Shown: piece by piece, positions 60,910 through 64,000 of the stretch
Numbering within the stretch: the first letter of the stretch is position 1
Layout: every line of letters starts with the position of its first letter
From: Azolla caroliniana
Lineage: Eukaryota; Plantae; Polypodiophyta
Direction: 5' to 3'
Assembly: GCA_043228905.1 (NCBI GenBank)
Contig: JBHGNT010000011.1
Location: forward strand, 5,828,001-5,892,000
DNA length: 64,000 bases
Notes under the pieces: generated by a model
The model's input: only the letters and a program-made list of their open reading frames with translations
Told to the model about the DNA's origin: nothing
Databases searched by the model: none
Position numbers and translations under genes: made by a program

Positions 60910-61351
60910 CAAATCAAGGTATTAAACTCATATGCAAACGTAACATATGTTCGTGAACGTAATACGTAATTGAGGTATTAACATTGTACGCATACGGCAC
61001 TCATCACATATTATTTATATGTCAAACGAGGTATTGACCTCGTGCACATATGTAAACGTTTTAGATAATCAATTAAAGACCACTACAACATCATTGACTT
61101 AATGAAAAAAAATGACATATAAACTAAACACATGATTAGATGGGAGAAGAGAGAATAGAAAGAAAAAAAAATATTACGGAAAGAGTTACCGAAGTTCTTT
61201 GTTGATCGTTGTCTGGATCAAGGCCGACCGCACATCGATCGATCACCATCAATCAAAAGACAAAAGACAAACAAAGAAGCATTAGTACATAGCTCTGATA
61301 CCAAATATTAGAGATCTAGGTACTAAAGTAAGCTTAAGATAAGGATAAACT

Positions 61352-62057
61352 TGTTAGGAAACAGGTCCCTCCGTATGGGAAGTGAGAAGAACAGTACTGA
61401 TGAGCAAACTCGGCCGAGGTCGAAACCGGATGAGGAGTACCCGGCTACGGAAGACCCGGTGAGAACCGGATGAGAAGTACACGACTACGGAAGACCCCGT
61501 GAGAACCGGATGAGGAGTACCTGGCTACGGAAGACCCGGTGAGAACCGGATGAGGAGTACCCGGCAAGAGCCGGATGGTGAAGGCCCGGTGAGAAGTGCT
61601 CATCAGATGAAGGGACATATTCGTAAATATGTTTCCTGAGAGGCCATCGGGGCTATATTTGTAAATAGCCGAAAAGTCATATTAGTATAAATATGACTTA
61701 GGGCAAACTTTAGTGTGTTGTTGTTGTCATTCTTGTTGGCGCAAGATTAGAGCGTGTAATAGTGTACAGAGAGATTGAGAGAGAGGAAGAGGTCGTTGCC
61801 TCTGTTGTAACCGCCGCTTGTGGCGAAGATAGCAAGCTCGAGGTCGTGGCCTCGGTGCTTTCTTATTGTACATTCTGATATAGTGATAGTTTGCGGTCTG
61901 TGGGCTGCCGTGGTTTTTCCCGAGTTTGGGTTTTCCACGTAAACATCCTGTGTACTCTTCTCTCCATTGTGTTGTGCTTTCATTCCCCGTTTTCTGTGTT
62001 TTATTCTAGGCTCGGTTGTGGCCAAGTGTTGTTCATCCGGAGCGTGAGTTCCTGTCA
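61352..62057 (+). mobile_element. Solo LTR of a B-related subfamily inside the gypsy LTR
   Basis: TGTTAGG...TGTCA; TSD AAACT (61347-61351, 62058-62062); 40-bp U3 tandem repeats at about 61425-61565; shares the TATA core with B. Confidence 0.95.
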
Positions 62058-63679
62058 AAACTAATGATAGATAGAAAGGAGAAAGAGAAAGAAGGGTGCT
62101 GATCCACCCGACCACCCCCGAGCGAAGGGATCAAGACGGACTCGAGCCTCGATCGGCGTCCCATACCACCGCCATGGCGTCGAGTCGTACATGGTGCTGG
62201 CGCGCTCACTACAAGAGTTGACCCACCACAAGAGCAGAGTCTCAATGTAGTCAAAAGATGATCAAATGAGGGTAGCTAGGCCTCTTATTTATAGCGATAC
62301 CCAAGGCACCGAGGCAAGTTCACACTTAACCTGATGGGTTGTCTCAATCTCGAGGATTAAAAGTAATCCTCCCCTTCTTTACACTCTCATTTAACCCTCA
62401 CACTTATCCACATGTATAGAATACTACGGTAAATTCTCACCACTGGATATTAAATTGTCATGCCCGTAACAGGAAGGCCCAAATTTGTGAAGCCTACCGG
62501 CTTGGGAAGCAACACCGACTTCCATTCCCCAACGAGCAAAGCCGGAGCTGGAACAAGCTTGACTTGATACATTCGGATGTATGGGGATCGACACAGAATG
62601 TAAGTCTTGGCGGGAGTCGATATTTCGTCTCCTTCATCGACGATTACAACCGACACACATGGATCTACCTCATCAAGAAGAAGAGTGAAGTCTTCGACTG
62701 TTTTCGGAACCTTCAGAGTTTAGTCGAATGGGAAACGACGAGGAAGATAAAGTGCCTACGGTTGGATGGCAAAAAAGAATACTTTTCCAGCCAACTCAAC
62801 AGTAATTTGTAGTAGAAGGGAATTCGGAGAGAATTCAGCTGCAGATATACGGTGGAGAAAAATGGCATAACCGAGCAGAAGAACCGATCGATTCTTGAGG
62901 CGATAAGGGCAATGCTGGAGGAGAAGAGCATGCCGAAGTTCTACTGGGACGAAGCTATTCGGACGACAGTCTATATCCAAAATCGGATCGGGGAGAAGGT
63001 GTCCGCACACAAGCTATATTTCGGATGAAAGCCGAATTTACGACACCTGAGGATATTCAATAGCATTGCCTATGTGCATGTGCCCAATGAGAAGCGGAGG
63101 AAGTTGGACCCGAAGTCAGAGAAGTGCATTTTGGTCAGCTACTCTCATGCGCAGAAGGGGTATACGTATTATAACCCCTAGACCAAACAAGTTTGAGTAA
63201 GCCGCGATGTTGAATTCAATGAATCGGCATCCTGGTACTCTTTATTGCCTAAGACCCCCGGCAACTCCGACCACCCGATTACGGAAGATGAGGCCAATGA
63301 ACCCGACATGATTTGGGAAGAAGAAGAAGAAGACATCGGAGCTCTAGAAGAGAGTCTGATCTCATTCCGGCTAAATGGGCCGAATGAGCGACCGAGTCGG
63401 ATGAAGAGATGGTGAGTGGTGAGGACTCGACCGTGCTCTCTCTGCACAAGGAACCGAGGAGACGGTTCACGCGGAAGGAAAAAGGGAAGAAGAAGAGGCC
63501 TTGCTCGTGTAGGAAGCATGTGCGCTCCCGACTAGAGGCTCATCATGTCATGATGACACTTACATGCAATTTGGGTTTACAAGGAATCGAACCCACAACC
63601 TTGTTATATTCACATTGAGTTCTTGACCATTGTGATGATATATTTATTTGTAAAAGAATTGATAAACTATGTGAAATAC

Positions 63680-63910
63680 TATAGAGTAATCTAGAGTACT
63701 CTATGTTCTAGAATGTTCTAGAATATTCTAGAGTGCTCTTTTATCTAGGAAATTCTAGAATATTCTAGCATGGTCTTTATTTTAGGAAGTTCTAGAATAT
63801 TCTAGCATGGTCTTTCTTCTAGGACTTTCTAGAATATCCTATTAAAACTTATAAATATGCATATTACCATAAGAGATGAACCAATTTGGTTCAACGCCAT
63901 TCTAGAGCTC
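63680..63910. repeat. TCTAGA-rich tandem and palindromic repeats, probably part of another LTR
   Basis: TTCTAGAATATTCTAG x3 and a unit of about 37 bp x2, followed by TATAAATA at about 63850. Confidence 0.6.
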
Positions 63911-64000
63911 CCTTGTTTACTCGTTGTATTCCACTCTTCTATTGCAATACATTGTTACCTGTAAGAATATACAGGGAGGAATAAGGGTATGTGTAATGAT

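Larger units (their letters stand above)
50351..62471 (-). mobile_element. Ty3/gypsy (chromovirus-like) element, 3'-truncated; host of B and of a solo LTR
   Basis: 5' LTR about 61306-62471 (TGTTACGGG...CTCTAATA); PBS iMet 61292-61303. Gag from 54196 (CVFCKKKGHTKDQC), [59 protein letters not shown]. No 3' LTR or chromodomain visible. Confidence 0.92.
48439..63500 (+). mobile_element. Degenerate copia element D (F/H family), split by the gypsy element and 3'-truncated
   Basis: LTR 48439-48918; PBS TGGTATCAGAGC 48919-48930; gag from 48971, YCGKKGHRESEC knuckle, WYVDYGASNHMT, WHKRI at 50350; integrase resumes at 62472 (KAQICEA...HSDVWG...FIDDYNR). Confidence 0.9.

Noticed and set aside
245-62062. 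Shared target-site consensus among TSDs (GCTTC, ATATC, AAGAG, GTTAC, GCTTT, CAAAT, AAACT)
   Set aside because: Too few sites from different families; no convincing motif beyond AT-rich centres.

Overview
Eukaryotic, plant-type heterochromatin-like window dominated by nested LTR retrotransposons. The repeat content suggests a non-seed plant such as a fern, but that is inference. I see one clear host gene, an intronless 3-ketoacyl-CoA synthase (KCS, 25532-27070, minus). Five Ty1/copia elements have paired LTRs and matching 5-bp TSDs: A 250-5603, C 9221-14271, G 28654-37854, F 29522-34608 and B 55503-60909; only B has an uninterrupted polyprotein. There are also several truncated copia elements, a truncated chromovirus-like Ty3/gypsy, four solo LTRs, LINE fragments, tRNA-derived SINE-like heads, and a degraded Sola2-like DNA transposase lying tail-to-tail with an FCP1/NIF phosphatase pseudogene. 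The most notable unexplained structure is that all six copia PPT/3'-LTR junctions, from three groups with dissimilar LTR sequence, place the PPT and LTR start in the loop of an inverted repeat, with a compensatory change between A and B. In addition, TATA boxes of several LTR families sit inside palindromes, two families carry long charged extensions after RNase H, and A and B appear to differ by a Gag capsid swap. All alignments were done by eye.
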